This document shows, piece by piece, positions 25,396 through 37,520 of a stretch of 64,000 nucleotides of DNA; position 1 is the stretch's first letter, and each line of letters starts with the position of its first letter. Position numbers and translations under genes: made by a program. The notes under the pieces are model-generated. The model was not told the DNA's origin, ran no database searches, and saw nothing but the letters and a program-made list of their open reading frames with translations. Source of the stretch: Octopus vulgaris (Eukaryota). Location of the stretch: NCBI GenBank assembly GCA_951406725.2, contig OX597818.1:39370001-39434000 (forward strand), read 5' to 3'.

Positions 25396-26874
25396 GGGGG
25401 AGGAGAAAAAAAGAGATAAGATTTTGAAATGGCAAGCTTAGAAGCTAAATTTTAGGGTATGAGTACTAAGCAGAGTCTGCCACAAAAAATACCATCAAAT
25501 ATTGAGTTCTTGTTGGTAATTAAGTTGCTTTAAATCAACACTAAAGCTAAAGTAATTCTAACCTAAATTACTGATCCAGTTTTCTACAGCCCAAGAATGA
25601 GATCTACTTAATTAGGCTATACCAATACAGAAGAAACCTGTTAGCTTTTCTTTCAGAGAAGTCACAATATCATGTTATAATGTTGGTCTTGTTGATTCAT
25701 TTCTTAAGCCATTTATTACAGTTGAAAAACCAGTTCAACTTGTTTGATGTTTATAGACTATTTTAGGAAAATAGTTTGGTTTATTTATTTTATCTATCTG
25801 TCTAGTTTATTCTATTCAGTTATGTGTTTGTATCTACTTTTTTTTGGCCTTTATTAAATTCTAGATTTAAGAAATCTTGCAAAACAAGATTTTTGATTGA
25901 TTTTTTTTTTTTTGTTGTATCAAGGATTTTAATTCTCCACCTATATAATGCCCAATGCTATAAATAGGTGCATTTTTACGTCGTAGTTTCTTCCTTTTTC
26001 TTTTCTTACCTTGGGTTCTGCCAGGGGCTATGGCCATACTGGAGCACCACCATTTCAGGAGGGGAACTCATGTCAGAGAATAAAGGGTTAGAGGTACCTC
26101 AGATAAAATTTGTCTAAACGTTCTTGGAACACATCCATATCTACTCTTTGTAGATCTCTGAGGCTTTTTTGAAAGGTACTGAAAAGTTGGAACCTTTGAA
26201 TCCTAAGCTGTTATAGTATTGGATCCTTACTCTGGATGCAAAACGCAGGATCTTTGGCCCCATCCATTCTTCACGTGTAATGTTATGGATAAAGATAGTG
26301 TAGAGCATCAAACACAAAAAATGATGTTTATTTGCATTCTTTTACTGAGCTTGAATTCCATCAAGGTTGATCTCTTTTAATCTTATGAGATCAATGAAAT
26401 AAGAATAATTTAAATAGTCTTTCCTATCACTAACCTTTACCTGTTTCCTTGCAAAGTAACTGGAAATGAATAACACCACTTATATGGCAGTGATGCTTAT
26501 TTACAACAATCATGCAAAGTCAAGACAAGGTGACACAAACATATCATGCATTTGTTTAACATCTGATTTTCCATGCTAGCATGGCTTGAATAAGATTTCA
26601 TTTTGAGTGACAATTTTACAACAAATCAAATTCGATGAGTGGCGTCCATGCTAGCGGGGTACAAACATCCCTGAAAGTTTCATTCGAATCAATCCAGCAG
26701 TTCTTGAGATGGACAAAGAAACAAACAAATACGACTGAAAACAATACCTCTGCTTTCACTGAGGCAGAGGTAATTAGTTCTATAATCTTTGCTTCATTTT
26801 TGAAAAGGTTAAAAGTATTTTTCTTAAATTAAAGCTTAAACATTTACAGTTGATTTGTATTCCTCTCTTTTCAG

Positions 26875-27020
26875 TCACTAAATATGTATGTGCCACCTGA
26901 TGAAGCCGAGCGGGACCTTGGTGAAATCAACATGACATTTGAAGGGGACACACTGCGACGGGTGGAACATCAAGGTGCAGATCCTGGTGTTGCCTCAGCT
27001 GTAAATCCATTATTTAACAA
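26875..27020 (+). CDS. Cad99C: Cad99C-like cytoplasmic exon
   Basis: ctttcag|...|gtgagt; SLNMYVPPDEAERDLGEINMTFEG...SAVNPLFN(N); compare Cad99C LAMAVPPD and NPLF (recalled). Confidence 0.88.
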
Positions 27021-27824
27021 GTGAGTTTTTAACAAGTTCAAACACAATCATGAGATAGTGAGTTAAATTCCCAGACCAGGCTGTGTGTTGTGTTCTTGAG
27101 CAAGACACTTTATTTCACATTGCTCCAGTTCACTCAGCTGTAGAAATCAGTTGCAACGTCATTGGTGCCAAGCTATGTCAGTCTTTGCCATTCCCTTGGA
27201 TAACATCAGTGGCGTGCAGAGGAGAGGCTGATATGCATGGGTGACTGCTGATCTTCCATAAAGAACCTTGCCTGGACTTGTGCCTCAGAGGGGAATTTTC
27301 TAGGAGCAATCCCATGGTCATTCATGACTGAAGGTGGTCTTTACCTTTTTACACTGTTCAGATTTTCAATAATCCTGTGTAACAAGATAACAATTATCTC
27401 TCTTATCAATTAATTTCTTAGAGAAATTCCAAGATATTAAACTGTTTTCTTCTCTTCCTTTCTTATGTCATCAAAACGAAACAAATTTCAAGGCAAGCTA
27501 CCATGGTTGATTAGTTCTTGAGATGTAGTCGGTCAGTCAACTAAATAGAAAATATTTTGTGTCCTGCGTCCCCAGTGCTCTGGTTTGCCAACCTGTAAAT
27601 TCCCATCATGAAGAGTCAGAGATCACAACCATAAAAAAAAAAAGAGGCATTATATGAATGGTGTAAATAATTCAAATTCTCTTGAAGGATAAGTCATCAG
27701 GTTGACTTGCTCCAGTTATAACACAATGAGGGAGCTCCTATGTGATCATTAATCTTGCTAGAAATGGCTGCCAAATCCCATTTAGAAAACAAACTACTGT
27801 CTTAAAAAAGCAAAAGCATTAGAC

Positions 27825-28152
27825 CAGAGGTTCTCAACCATTTTTTATATATGGACCCCTTTGATTCCTATTTCACTCAGAAGGACCCTCATAGCCATTT
27901 AATATTTTTAAAAATCCTATTGTATTTTTTATAATTAAATATTAAAAACTGTATAAAAATTGTTCAGATTTTGTATATTTTGGACATATAACTAATTCAT
28001 TGCATATAAACTTTACTGGTCTGAAGCACAGTTTTTTCATGGCCCCTGAAAAATTTCTGTTGACCCCCCAATTTACTAGATTGTATCCATGGACCCTCAA
28101 AAATCTTATATGGTCCTCAAAGGTCCATTCGGACTGCGGTTGAGAACCGCTG
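27825..28152. mobile_element. hAT (Charlie-like) MITE
   Basis: TIR CAGAGGTTCTCAACC / GGTTGAGAACCGCTG, GGACCC subterminal repeats, TSD CATTAGAC / CATTAAAA. Confidence 0.78.
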
Positions 28153-28704
28153 CATTAAAAGACACGTGGCCTGGTGGTTAGGGTGTCAGCATCATGATCG
28201 TAAGATTGTGGTTTCAATTCCTGGACTGGGCGACACGTTGTGTTCTTGAGCAAAACATTTCATTTCACATTGCTCCAGTTCACTCAGCTGGCAAAATTGG
28301 ATAACGTTGTGATGGACTGGCACCCTGTCCAGCTGGGGAACACATATGCCAGTGAAACCAGGAAACCGGGCCCATGAGCCTGGCTAGCCTTTAAAAGGGC
28401 GCATTTATTTATTTTATTTAAATATACACAATAAAAGAGTTAGTCATGGTTGGGACACCTCTGATGATACATCAGTTCAATCACAGCTTGCCAACATATA
28501 TAGATATACAATGTTTTCAGAAGTTGTGTGGCGCTCTGTCATCTTGCAGTGGGTATTTTCACTATTTGCATATATCTGTGATTTCAATGACTACAGTGCC
28601 AACAACAATAAATAAGCCCCCCCCCCATTTTTTTTTTTCTCACCTTCTAATGAACAAATTTTTTGAAAGTAACTATAACAAATGTTTTTACTTTTAATTT
28701 TCAG

Positions 28705-28762
28705 CCAACCTCAAGATATGCAGCAGAAAACTGGCATTAAAGAGACCACGACTATACTTTAA
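28705..28762 (+). CDS. Cad99C: Cad99C-like terminal coding exon with class I PDZ-binding motif
   Basis: ttttcag|c; (N)QPQDMQQKTGIKETTTIL*; compare Cad99C C-terminus ETTTEL (recalled); followed by about 1 kb of repeat-free AT-rich sequence with several AATAAA. Confidence 0.85.
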
Positions 28763-30216
28763 TTGCTCATTCTCTTTAAGGACATTATATCAAAAATGTT
28801 AAAACTTAAGAATTATTTTTTTTTTTTGCCTCTAATCACAATATATTTTCATACTAGAAATAAATATAACAATTAACCTAAGTAAGAGCTAAAGTAATCA
28901 TATTTATATACAAGGCTTTCCTAATGTTTTATAATCAACATGGCTTGAATTCCACAAAATGTTTATATATTTTTTATTTATATTTCTCTTTTGATAAAAA
29001 AATTATCATGCATAACTGAATAATACAACTCAATTTTAGAAATGGACTAAATTAGAAATAAATTAGGAATACTAACATTTATTAATGTATCGAATAATCA
29101 TGAGTGAAAATAACAAATTTTAATTTAAAAGAAAGAAAAAGTTTCATATGGTTACAACAACATTAAATAATAAAAGCTATCATTTTTTAAATTAAAAAAA
29201 AATTTTAAGCTATCTTAAAAGTAGCTCAAATTTAAAAGCAAAAATCAAATTTTGATGCACTATGACTCTCGCAGGATATTGGTCAGTCTTAAATATTTTA
29301 ATCTTTCAACACTCTTTATAAGTAAGACTGCAGGTTGATGTCACACCTGACAGTGGAGTACTCAGCAATGTATTTCGCCATTTCTCAGTGGAAATGAAAG
29401 AACACTCTAAATGTTGTTGTAAGTTAATCTTTCTGAGATTGACTGCTTAGTAACACTCATGGAAACAAATCCCAAATTCTACAAACTAGTAACACATTCA
29501 TGATTCTGTTAACTGTTTCAAAAATTCTGTGCTTCCACTATTTTTATATCTTATTACATAGATTTACTTTTCTAAAGTTATGTATAATTATTTTAAAATT
29601 CAAGTTGTGATAATAATTGCAAATAAACAAAAAAAAAAAGTAATATATTTTTTAAAAGTCAAACCAACTGGTTCTTCTACAAAAATGGAAATAACCCCGC
29701 AAAAAAAAAAAGAATTAAAAAATAACCCTTTCTGAAGTAACACCAAACTGTAAATATTTTCAACTTGGAGCAAATATTTGAAGTAAAAAAATATAGATCT
29801 GTTAACATTTGTTTTATATAATAAATAATAATAAAATATATCTCTGACGTGTTTGTCTTTAATTAATTATGTTGTCCAAACAGAGACATTGCCAAGTTAT
29901 TGTAAAATATAGTTCAATGTAGAGGCTGCAGTAGATATGTGAGGGCATTAACGGTGATACCAGGTAACCAAGAAATCTATGATGGAGAGCAGTACAAGGA
30001 AGGGAGATAAGGGACATAGAAAGGACGTAATTGGTAGAGACAGTAGGATGGGGAAGAAAGGTAACTGGGGAAGGGAGAGAAGGTAACTGAGAGAGAAACA
30101 GGGGATGCAGTATGTGCCTATTCTGCTCTCAGGTGAAAGTGGAAATGATGAATGTTAGGCGATGAGTTGTAGGTAGGGAGTGAAGGTTGATGGCAGTAAG
30201 CATTACCAAGGTGATT

Positions 30217-30741
30217 TTAGGATCAGGCCCAATGCTTGAAAGGTCCTCAGCCACTTTAGCTCTGTGAGGCCCAACGTTCAAAGGTGGCACATAAAAAAAA
30301 TCAACTTTTGAATGTTGGGCTTCATGGAGGCAAAGTGGTGAGTACCTTTTGAGCATTGGGCCTGATGGAGGCAAAGTGACTGAGTTCCTTTTGAGAGTTG
30401 GGCCTCATTGAAGCAAAGTAGCTGAGTTCCTTTTGAGTGTTGGGCCTCATGGAGGCAATGACCAAGATCTTTGGCATTATGTTCCACTTGGGAAGAAGAC
30501 CTATCAAGCCGAGCAAAATCACAGTCATGGCAGATACCAGTGTCACACAAATGGCACCTATGCTATGGCATGAAAATGCACCCATTACACTCTCAAAGTG
30601 GTTGGCATTAGGAAGGGCATCCAACCATAGAAAACCATGCCAAATCAGACTTGATCCTGGTGCAGCCTTCCAGTGTGCTAGCCCAGTCGAACCGTCCAAC
30701 CCATACCAGCATAGACAACAAACATTAAATGATGATGATGA
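30217..30741 (+). mobile_element. RTE 3' end with ~41-bp tandem subrepeats and a short 5' inverted segment
   Basis: Unit TTGAGTGTTGGGCCTCATGGAGGCAAAGTG.CTGAGTTCC about x4, then the common (ATG)n-tailed end; inverted sister copy at 38030-38480. Confidence 0.72.
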
Positions 30742-30744
30742 ATT

Positions 30745-31610
30745 CTGCTGTGGAAGATGCATCTTGGTCCTTTATCATCTCCTTCATAAGGCTGTGTCTT
30801 GAGATTGGCCTTCAGTATTTTGTCCCATGTCTTCTTGTGTTTCCCTCTTCCACAAGTTCCATCCACTTAGAGATCAGCACTTCTTTATATAGCTGTACAC
30901 ATTCATATCCATCACATGAACAAACTAGCATAATCTCTTTTGCATACTGCATCTTACCCCGCTTATACCTAACTTCCCTCTCAATTCACAGGTGTCCTGT
31001 CACTTAAGTACACTGACATTGCACATCCAGCAAAGCATACCAGCTTCATTCACATGTTGTCTGCATGTAGCATTGTTGTCCATACACATGCATCATCCAA
31101 TCTTCCTGTCACTGAGAGAGACTCTTGGTTGCCAACAGAGGAAAAAACTCTCTGAACTTTCTCTATCCTATTATTCTAACAATTACAGCGAGCTGGCAGA
31201 ACCATTAGCACACCGGGCAAAATGCTTAGCGATATTTCGTCCGCCATCACGTTCTGAGTTCAAATTCCGCCGAGGTCGACTTTGCCTTTCATCCTTTCGG
31301 GGTCGATGAATTAAGTACCAGTTACGCACTGGGGACGATGTAATCGACTTAAACAATTTGTCTGTCCTTGTTTGTCCTCTCTGTGTTTAGCCCCTTGTGG
31401 GTAGTAAAGAAATAATTATTCTAACAATTACACTTTTGGTACATCCTCCTCCACTGCTAATTAGGTCACCTAAGTAGTAGAAATTATTTACTACTTCTAG
31501 AAAACCTCCAGGACATTTGAGAAAATCAATTTCCCATGTGTCTGTAGACTTTATGGCTCCTGTCCATCTTCCATATACAAACACTACTTTTTCTCTTGTT
31601 GACACACCTG
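30745..31610 (-). mobile_element. RTE LINE ORF2 fragment interrupted by a SINE
   Basis: LEVVNNFYYLGDLISSGGGC...GTCGRGKHKKTWDKIL; the SINE at 31188-31414 lies inside it. Confidence 0.78.
31188..31414 (+). mobile_element. Young tRNA-derived SINE with 18-bp target-site duplication
   Basis: GCGAGCTGGCAGAACCATTAGC...GAGTTCAAATTCC...GTCGACTTTGCCTTTCATCC; perfect TSD ATTATTCTAACAATTACA at 31170-31187 and 31415-31432. Confidence 0.92.
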
Positions 31611-31914
31611 GAATTTCTTTTCTATTTGTTATAGATTCTGCTATGAAAACAAGATCAGCATATAATAGTTCTCAAGGGCTTCTAATCTTAAATTTATTCT
31701 TCTGTTTGGTTTTAAATTTTTGCAATTTTATAAATTTAGAATGAATAAAATACTTGCAAGACTTGTTCAGATTAGTGATTCCAAATGAGTCACTGGTATT
31801 TTTGATGGTATTACACAAGTTGCAACATTACAGATGGGAAGACGAATAAGTTTGTTGCTTATGTTGTAGCAGTCTTGCATTGTGCAGTCTTGCATTAGCA
31901 GTCTTGCATTGTTA

Positions 31915-32530
31915 TCATCATTATCATCATCGTTTAACGTCCGTTCTCCATGCTAGCATGGGTTGGACGGTTCGACCGGGGATCTGGGAAGTCAGAAGGC
32001 TGCACCAGGCTCCAGTCTGATCTAGCAGTGTTTCTATAGCTGGATGCCCTTCCTAACACCAACCACTCCGTGAGTGTAGTGGGTGCTTTTTACATGCCAC
32101 TGGCACAGGTGCCAGGCGAGGCTGGCAACTGCTACAATCGGATTGGTGCTTTTTAAGTGCCACCGGCATGGAAGCCAGTCAAGACAGCGCTGGCATTGGC
32201 CAAGTTCGGATGGTGCTTTTTACGTACCACCGGCACGGCTCAAGCACAGGGTCGAAACAGTGTTTCTTTACTAGCCACCTGCACAGGAGTCAGTCCAGCG
32301 GCACTGGCAACACCCGGGTGCCAGTCATAGGATTGGTTCAATTTCGATTCCGATTTCACTTGCCCCAACAGGTTTCACAAGCAGAGTTTAGTGTCCAATG
32401 AAGGGAGGTTGTCATGGGTGCCAGTCGTCGTCGGAGGTTAAATTTCGACTTCCTTTGCCTCAACAGGTCTTCACGTGTCCAAGGAAGGAAAGGCATGCAT
32501 AAGTGGACACGCGAAGACCTGCTGAGGCAC
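31915..32530 (-). mobile_element. RTE-associated (ATG)n-tailed repeat, long copy
   Basis: Homologous to 53197-53990; further copies at 32880-33210, 35845-36258 and 36522-36693. Confidence 0.8.
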
Positions 32531-33333
32531 AGAAATACTGGCAGCTACCACGACAATCTCAGGAGTAGCAGAACCATGAAAACAACGAAAATGTCAAGAG
32601 AAGACATTCATTCACAGACTGTTAGTGGTCAATCTGCCAGGACTGCAGCTGATCAAAATGTATGGACATGCACAAGTTCCATGACATTCCTAACCATAGA
32701 ATGGTGGAAGTCAGCTATTTAAAGATAGTAGTTGACCAGGCCTGAACACACACAAGCTCCATTACCAGTGGCAACAAGGTGGGGAACAGGATCAGGCAGA
32801 ACTATTAGCATGCCAGAGAAAATATTTAGTGGCATTTCATTCATCTTCATGTTCTGAGTTCAAATTAGGAAACTGTTCATCATCATCATCACCATTTAAC
32901 GTCTGTTTTCCATGCTGGCATGGGTTAGATGGTTTGACTGGAACTGGTAAACCAGAGAGCTGCACCAGGTTCCAGCCTGATTTCTATAGCTGGATGTCCT
33001 TCGTAATGCCAACCAATCCAAGAGTGTAGAGGTGCATTTTAAGTGCCACCAGCATGGGCGCCATTTACCTGATACTGGCAACAGCCAGTATCGGGTATGA
33101 TTTCACAGGTGCCAATTACAAGACACTGGTTACAGCCATGACAACGACTTCACGGGTGTCATTTACATGACATCGGCAACAGCCACAACTACAATTTCAC
33201 TTGGCTTAATCAGTAATGATTGTATGTGCTAATGTTTTGACTTCAGGATCTAGACATAATATGTTGTCTTCAATTATACAAGCATAATGAAAATTAAAAC
33301 AACACAAAAATAAAACATATTTCTATATATAGT

Positions 33334-33720
33334 AGCGTAGGGGTGGCTGTGTGGTAAGTAGCTTGCTTACCAACCACATAGTTTCAGGTTCAGTCCCACT
33401 GCGTGGCACCTTGGGCATGTGTCTTCTACTATAGCCTCGGGCCGACCAAAGCCTTGTGAGTGGATTTGGTTGATGGAAACTGAAAGAAGCCCGTCCTATA
33501 TATGTATACATATATATGTTTGGGTGTCTGTGTTTGTCCCCTAACATCGCTTGACAACCGATGCTGGTGTGTTTACGTCCCCATAACTTAGCAGTTCGGC
33601 AAAAGAGACTGATAGAATAAGTACTAGGCTTCCAAAGAATAAGTCCTGGGGTTGATTTGCTCGACTAAAGGCGGTGCTCCAGCATGGCCACAGTCAAATG
33701 ACTGAAACAAGTAAAAGAGT
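33334..33720 (+). mobile_element. Full-length tRNA-derived SINE
   Basis: Same family as 14983-15386. Confidence 0.88.
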
Positions 33721-34348
33721 ATAGTAGCACTGGATTAACCATGAAGCAAAATAGTCATGTGCTTAGGGCATCAAGCGAATTGGGGCACCAGAGAAATGGT
33801 AAATGATTCATGGTACAAAAAAAATATTCAAAGTGGTTTATATGATTGGAAATATAATTTCAAAGTGTCATAGTTAGCATCTGATCATAGACTTTGCAAT
33901 TAAAAAAAACATAAGAGAAAATAAAGTGGAAGTAGTCAAAAATAAACATTATTTTCCATCTAACCGTTACTTTTGTTTCATTTTGAAAAATAGAAACTTA
34001 TTTTATAGTTTGATATTGTTTATATTTTGAATGACATCTATATGGAGGCACCAACATCTTCTGAATGTTTAGAGCCTCTATGAGTCTTAATCTGGCTCCG
34101 ACTTATTGCAGTTTTTTGTTTTATTCTTTGTAGAATATTTGGGAATTAAATAATACAGGTTTAGCTCATTGCTTTATAAGTGTTAAACAAATTTTGAGAA
34201 TGTGCAGTGGTTAATTAGGGCAACAACTGCATTGTCGTGTATAGTAGGGCAAGTGTGAAATTGAAACTGAACTGGGATACATCAGAGCTGCAATAAGAAC
34301 ACACTGCAATGAATTAGTCTGATCTAAGGAATGAAAGAAGCTTGTATA

Positions 34349-35574
34349 TGAGGGGGTACCCAAAAGTAACAGGAAATGTTCTTTGTGGGACAAACTCATT
34401 GTGGTTCAGATTTCTGTCACTAGAAGCCACTTGATGTGACCCTCAGGTATCAGCCTGCCAACTGCCGATGTCAGGTGGAGTCATACTTCCACATGGTGTG
34501 TTTTCGTTTTGCAGTGCTTCTCCCGTCTGTCGATTTTTGCAATGGCTGAAACAGAGAAACAGCTTGCTTCTGTGAAATTCTGTTTTCTGGTGGGGAAAAC
34601 GGTGGCTGAAACAGTTGTAATGCTTACAAAGATACTGCCATGACCAAAACACAAGTTTACGATTACTCTTTTACTTGTTTCAGTCATGTGACTGTGGCCA
34701 TGCTGGAGCACCGCCTTTAGTCAAGCAAATCGACCCCATGACTTATTCTTTGTAAGCCTAGTACTTATTCTATCGGTCTTTTTTGCCGAACCGCTAAGTT
34801 ACAGGGACGTAAGCACACCAGCATTGGTTGTCAAGCAATGTTGGGGAGGCAAACACAGACATACATACATATATACGACGGGCTTCTTTCAATTTCCGTC
34901 TACCAAATCCACTCACAAGGCTTTGGTTGGCCCGAGGCTATAGTAGAAGACACTTGCCCAAGATGCCATGCAGTGGGACTGAACCTGGAACCATGTGGTT
35001 CGTAAGCAAGCTACTTACCACACAGCCACTCCTACACCTATTGGTTTCCATGATATAGGAATGGTTACTAGTCACTTGAAGACCAACTCCATTGACCTCC
35101 TGAATGATTGAAAACATCATGAAAATTCATGAAGTACTCTTGAAGGACCTTAACCAAACAATTTATGAACTTGTTGATATAACCGGTGTGTCCTGGAGCT
35201 CCTGCCAACAAATTTTGAGCAAGGAATTGCGAATGGAAAGAGTTGCAGCAAAATTTATGCCTCACTTGCTCATGAATGACTAAAAACAGTCGCGACTGAA
35301 AGCGTGTTGTGAACTGAAAGAACAGTTGGAAGTTGATCCCGGACCTTTCTTCAAAGGTCATCACTAGTGACAAAAGCTGGTGCTACAAAATTTGCAGATG
35401 TGGAAGAGGTGAAGAAAAAAACGACGGAGGCATTCCAGCATTGCTTTGAGCAGTAGAAAACATGATTGGACCAATGCATTGCTTCAAATGGAGAATACTT
35501 TGAAGGCAATAAAAATGTAAACAAGTGAATAAAGTAATATTGCAAAATTCCAGGTTCTTTTGGGTACCACCTTG
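34349..35574 (+). mobile_element. Internally deleted mariner (irritans-like) with a nested SINE
   Basis: TA|TGAGGGGGTACCCAAAAG ... CTTTTGGGTACCACCTTG|TA; MAETEKQLASVKFCFLVGKTVAET...VAAKFMPHLL...KVITSDKSWCY...CIASNGEYFEG; SINE at 34663-35039 (-). Confidence 0.85.
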
Positions 35575-37122
35575 TATAAGCAATTTAGCTGGATTGCATT
35601 CCCGACTCCTCATAATCGTATGCTTGTGGGTATTTAACGCACCAACTGGTAAGGCAACGTCAAGAGGTATTATCCACATGTTCAAGCCTTAGGATACCTG
35701 GTGGTTGACATCCACTGGATAACTTTTTAACCTGTACATGTTGATAATTTGTGTAAAGCGCTGCAAGTGGCAGCACTCTATCACCATATCTCTCTGCTGG
35801 AAGCTTGCCTATTTAACCCAATTAATTAAGGGACACCAAACTCTACTTGTGAAGACCTGTTGAGGCAAGTGAAAATTCAAAATCCAAAATCAAAATCGAA
35901 ATCGATCAACATCAATGGAAATTGCAGCTGTGATACTAGTGCCGGTGGTACGTAAGAGAACCATCTGAACGTGGCCGTTGCCAGCGCCGCCCTGACTGGC
36001 CTTGTGCTGGTGGCACGTAAAAAGCACCATCCAATCGTGGCCGTTTGCCAGCCTCGTCTGGCACCTGTGCGGTGGCACGTAAAAAGCACCCACTACACTC
36101 ACAGAGTGGTTGGCATTAGGAAGGGCATCCTGCCGTAGAAATACTGCCAGATCAGACTGGGCCTGATGCAGCCTTCTGGCTTCCCAGACCCCAGTTGAAC
36201 CGTCCAACCCATGCTAGCATGGAAAGCGGATGCTAAACGATGATGATGATGATGATGAAATAAAATTTTTAAAACTAGAGAATGAGAGCAACAGCTAAGA
36301 AATGATAAGTGAATGTCATAATATAAAACGAATCAGCGAGAGATTATCAGGAAAATGACAAGTATTTTCCTTTATTTCTATGGGGGAGCGCTGTTATATT
36401 TGTTAGATGTGAATTTCCTTGGTAACTTTAAAAAATTATTTTTAAAGTTAAAAAGAACAATGGTCATAGCAAGATGGCTACAAAAAGATAAACCTTGTTA
36501 ATGCTTAGAATTATTTGTTAGAAAAAAGCACCCACTACACTCTCGGAGTGGTTGGCGTTAGGAAGGGCATCCAGCTGTAGAAACACTGCCAGATCAGACT
36601 GGAGCCTGGTGCAGCCTTCTGGCTTCCCAGATTCCCGGTCGAACCGTCCAACCCATGCTAGCATGGAGAACGGACGTTAAACGATGATGATGAAAATATG
36701 GATAAGGTGAGATTCCAGGAAAGCATTGCTTTGCTAAGTATTTAGTACAGCGTGAGAAGAGAAACAGGGAAAGGGTGATTGTACAAGTGATTTTAGGAGA
36801 GGATAGTAACCTCAGTAAATTCAGAGGAATAAAGGATAATGAAGTAGTGATACAAGAAACAGAATGAAGTTACACTTGAATGAGATGTTAGGGTTTATGG
36901 GTAATTAACAGTTATTTCAGACCAGAACAGCAACTATTTCTTAGCTCCGAGCTTTGAAAATTAATATTAGTTTTTATACATAAGGTGGAGTTGCCACAAA
37001 AAGTTATTGGAAATTTTGAAACCTACTGTTTAAAGGTGCAGTACTATCATCATTAATGTTCGTTTTCCGTGCTGGTATGAGTTGGATGGTTTGACAGGAG
37101 CACACAAAGCCAGAAGCAGCAT

Positions 37123-37295
37123 CAGGCGCAGGAGTGGCTGTGTGGTAAGTAGCTTGCTAACCAACCACATGGTTCCGGGTTCAGTCCCACTGCGTGGCAC
37201 CTTGGGCAAGTGTCTTCTACTATAGCCTCGGGCCGACCAAAGCCTTGTGAGTGGATTTGGTAGACGGAAACTGAAAGAAGCCCGTCGTATATATG

Positions 37296-37330
<35 letters not shown>

Positions 37331-37520
37331 TTGGGTGTCTGTGTTCGTCCTCCTAGCATTGCTTGACAACCGATGCTGGTGTGTTTACGTCCCTGTCACT
37401 TAGCAGTTCGATAAAATAAGTACTGGGCTTACAAAGAATAAGTCCCGGGGTCGAGTTGCTCGACTAAAGGCGGTGCTCCAGCATGGCCACAGTCAACTGA
37501 CTGAAACAAGTAAAAGAGTA
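37123..37520 (+). mobile_element. Full-length tRNA-derived SINE nested in an older (ATG)n-tailed repeat
   Basis: AGGCGCAGGAGTGGCTGTGTGG...GAAACAAGTAAAAGAGTA; the host repeat continues on both sides (37045-37122 and 37521-37592). Confidence 0.85.

Noticed and set aside
33726-34100. Possible hAT MITE (CTGGATTAA...TTAATCTGG)
   Set aside because: TIRs too eroded and no TSD visible
37123-37200. tRNA-like A and B boxes here and at 12703, 31188 and 33334
   Set aside because: SINE heads with no complete cloverleaf, continuing into the SINE body
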